Shown one piece after another: positions 62,148 through 64,000 of a DNA stretch of 64,000 nt. The notes beneath the pieces are model-generated. The model had not been told where the DNA came from. It saw nothing but the letters and a program-made list of their open reading frames with translations, and ran no database searches. Position numbers and translations under genes: made by a program. The stretch is from an uncultured Planctomycetales bacterium. GTDB lineage: Bacteria > Omnitrophota > Gorgyraeia > Zapsychrales > JANLHA01. The DNA lies in assembly GCA_964474085.1 (NCBI GenBank), contig CAYYRJ010000014.1:603-64602 (forward strand), written 5' to 3'. How positions within the stretch are numbered: position 1 is the stretch's first letter; each line of letters begins with the position of its first letter.

Positions 62148-63748
62148 AGCGCTTGGCAGTAAATGTCTCGATTATTAGACAAAATATCGGCAGGCTTGTT
62201 TTAAGTTTGCTGTTAGGGGTGGTGTGTTTTATTCCTTGCGTTGGAGCGCAGGAAACGATTGTGCCGCCGTCGAGTAATTTGATTTCCCAGATTCCGGATG
62301 TTTTGCCGGAAAATGAAAAAGCTGCCGTTAGCCCAGAGACGACGCCAGCGATCATTGAGGAATTGGATTTTAAAGATGTTGATATTAGCGATGTGCTTAA
62401 GCTTATTTCTCAAAAAAGCGGAATGAATATTGTCGTCGGAAGCACTGTCACCGGTAAGGTCACGTTGTATCTTAAGAATGTTACCGCGCTTGACGTTTTG
62501 GACATTATCGCCAAAACCAATGACTTAGCCTACATTCAGGAAGCCAGGCTCGTGCATGTGATGACCGGCGCTGAATATGAACAGACCCATGGCCGGAAAT
62601 TTTTCAGAAAAAATAAAACGATTTTGCAGCGGCTTAATTATATCAGTATCGCCGAGGTTGTTCCGATGCTTGAGCGGATGAAAAGCCCCAGTGGAGTTGT
62701 TTTAGCGGATGCGCGAAGCGGTACGCTTTCGTTAAATGATTTACCGGAAAATATTCTGGATATGGTCGCTTTTATTCGTGAAATTGATGTTCCGCGCATG
62801 ACAAAAGTTTTTGATTTAAAATATGCCAAGGCGGAAGATCTTGCTGAGCGGATCAACCTTATTTTAACTCCCACCGTCGGGTCAATGCGTTTTGATAAAC
62901 GGACAAACAAAATTTCGGCTACGGATACTTCAGACAAAATTCGGGAAATCGAGCAGATGATTGCCGCCTTTGATGTCAAGGAAGAACAGGTGGCCATTGA
63001 AGCTAAGATTATCCAGGTTATTTTAAGCGATCAGTTTCAGATGGGTGTTGATTGGCAAACTGTTTTGGATAGTTCCCATAATATAAATCTTATCGGCAAC
63101 TTTGATGTTTTAGGTTCCACGCAAAAACATGGACGCATGAGTATTGGGACTTTAGTTGATGATAATTATAAGGCGATGATCGAGGCGTTGGAAACGTTTG
63201 GGCGGACAGAAAATCTCTCTAACCCGCATATTATGGCGATTAACAATCAAGAGGCCAAGATTTTGATCGGCTCCTCCCAGCCGTATGTTACATCGACGAC
63301 AACTACACCTTCCTCAGGGCCAACGACAACGGCGGAAACGGTTAATTTTATTGAAGTGGGAGTTAAACTTTATGTAACACCGACGGTCCATAAAGACGGT
63401 TATGTGACCTTAAAAATCAAGCCCGAGGTTAGCGCTGTCACGCGTAATGTTACAACAAGCAATAACAATACGATTCCCGTTGTGGAAACCTCCGAAGCCG
63501 AAACCACGGTGCTTGTCAAAGACGGTGTGACCATCGTTATCGGAGGGCTGATCAAGGATGAAAAAATCAATACGGATTCGCGTATTCCTGTTCTGGGGAG
63601 CATCCCTTTGATCGGGGGCGCTTTTCGCAACAAAGACCACTTGACCCGCAAAACGGAACTCGTTATTTTCTTAACTCCGCGAATTGTTTCCGGAGATACC
63701 CCTAAAGAAAGAAAATCAGAAAACCTAAAGTCTCAATCTTTGCAATGA
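62144..63748 (+). CDS. pilQ: Type IV pilus / type II secretion-family secretin (PilQ/GspD)
   Basis: Signal peptide. Secretin domain ...NPHIMAINNQEAKILIGSSQPYV...VGVKLYVTPTVHKDGYVTLKIKPEVS...IPVLGSIPLIGGAFRNKDHLTRKTELVIFLTPRIV. Confidence 0.8.
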   Translation: MKRLAVNVSIIRQNIGRLVLSLLLGVVCFIPCVGAQETIVPPSSNLISQIPDVLPENEKAAVSPETTPAIIEELDFKDVDISDVLKLISQKSGMNIVVGSTVTGKVTLYLKNVTALDVLDIIAKTNDLAYIQEARLVHVMTGAEYEQTHGRKFFRKNKTILQRLNYISIAEVVPMLERMKSPSGVVLADARSGTLSLNDLPENILDMVAFIREIDVPRMTKVFDLKYAKAEDLAERINLILTPTVGSMRFDKRTNKISATDTSDKIREIEQMIAAFDVKEEQVAIEAKIIQVILSDQFQMGVDWQTVLDSSHNINLIGNFDVLGSTQKHGRMSIGTLVDDNYKAMIEALETFGRTENLSNPHIMAINNQEAKILIGSSQPYVTSTTTTPSSGPTTTAETVNFIEVGVKLYVTPTVHKDGYVTLKIKPEVSAVTRNVTTSNNNTIPVVETSEAETTVLVKDGVTIVIGGLIKDEKINTDSRIPVLGSIPLIGGAFRNKDHLTRKTELVIFLTPRIVSGDTPKERKSENLKSQSLQ

Positions 63749-64000
63749 CAGTCCTTCCTGTCCATAAACATATTCGTTTAGGCGAACTTCTTATCGCCGA
63801 AAAATTGATAACACAAGATGAGTTGCAGTCGGCTTTACGAGAGCAGGAGCGCGTTGGCGGTACTCTAGGGGAGATTTTGCTTAAAACAAAATTTCAACAG
63901 TACCCCCAGATTTTGTATCGTGTTCTGGCCAGACAGCTGGGTGTCGAATTCGTCGACTGCGGTGCAATTGAAATTTCTCCTGAAGTTTTGTCTGCGCTTC
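63745..64000 (+). CDS. pilB: Type IV pilus assembly ATPase PilB/GspE, N-terminal T2SSE_N domain only (3'-truncated by window)
   Basis: MTVLPVHKHIRLGELLIAEKLITQDELQSALREQERVGGTLGEILL... typical GspE/PilB N1 domain. ATGA overlap with the pilQ stop. Confidence 0.6.
   Translation, partial: MTVLPVHKHIRLGELLIAEKLITQDELQSALREQERVGGTLGEILLKTKFQQYPQILYRVLARQLGVEFVDCGAIEISPEVLSAL

Noticed and set aside
1-64000. CRISPR arrays, integrases, transposases, prophage or other mobile-element signatures
   Set aside because: No regularly spaced short direct repeats and no recombinase or transposase motifs in any substantial ORF. The giant gene is flanked by core housekeeping genes (mutL/mutS, hemH, accA, rlmN, tRNAs).

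Overview
This window looks like a low-GC bacterial chromosome segment (roughly 40-45% GC by eye, TTG/GTG starts common). One uninterrupted + strand ORF dominates it: nt 11..33016, 11,001 codons, and still open at the 5' window edge. Reading its translation, I recognise at least a dozen enzyme or signalling domains in one frame. They are a HAD phosphatase, a contiguous glycogen-enzyme block (GDE_C amylo-1,6-glucosidase, GH77 4-alpha-glucanotransferase, GlgA-type glycogen synthase, GH13-like alpha-amylase), a class-I SAM methyltransferase, a radical-SAM domain, an HD-GYP phosphodiesterase, a YvcK/CofD-like domain, a 6-phosphogluconolactonase/NagB-like fold, an HExxH motif, and a C-terminal RelA/SpoT-like synthetase plus ACT domain. 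The gene also carries a ~513-nt tandem duplication, a diverged ~670-nt module present twice ~5.4 kb apart, and a 24-nt ~80%-GC motif that is nucleotide-identical in three places, two of them bracketing the HD-GYP domain. This multidomain glycogen-enzyme and second-messenger mega-protein is the candidate novel system. The remaining 31 kb is ordinary core genome. It holds mutL and mutS (convergent with the giant gene), a secreted K/E-rich coiled-coil protein with a textbook sigma70 promoter, and a candidate cobalamin riboswitch in front of a TonB-dependent receptor. It also holds YfhO-like and TMTC-like membrane/TPR proteins, comM/yifB, hemH, a DUF212 protein, a LysM-L,D-transpeptidase, accA, rlmN, and a HAD hydrolase. 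Further on are an unlisted 26-codon bTHX-like ORF, a lipoprotein, tRNA-Phe and tRNA-Thr, an MFS transporter and a pilP?/pilQ/pilB type IV pilus block. I saw no integrases, transposases or CRISPR arrays. All domain calls come from reading motifs in the supplied translations; I could not run any search.
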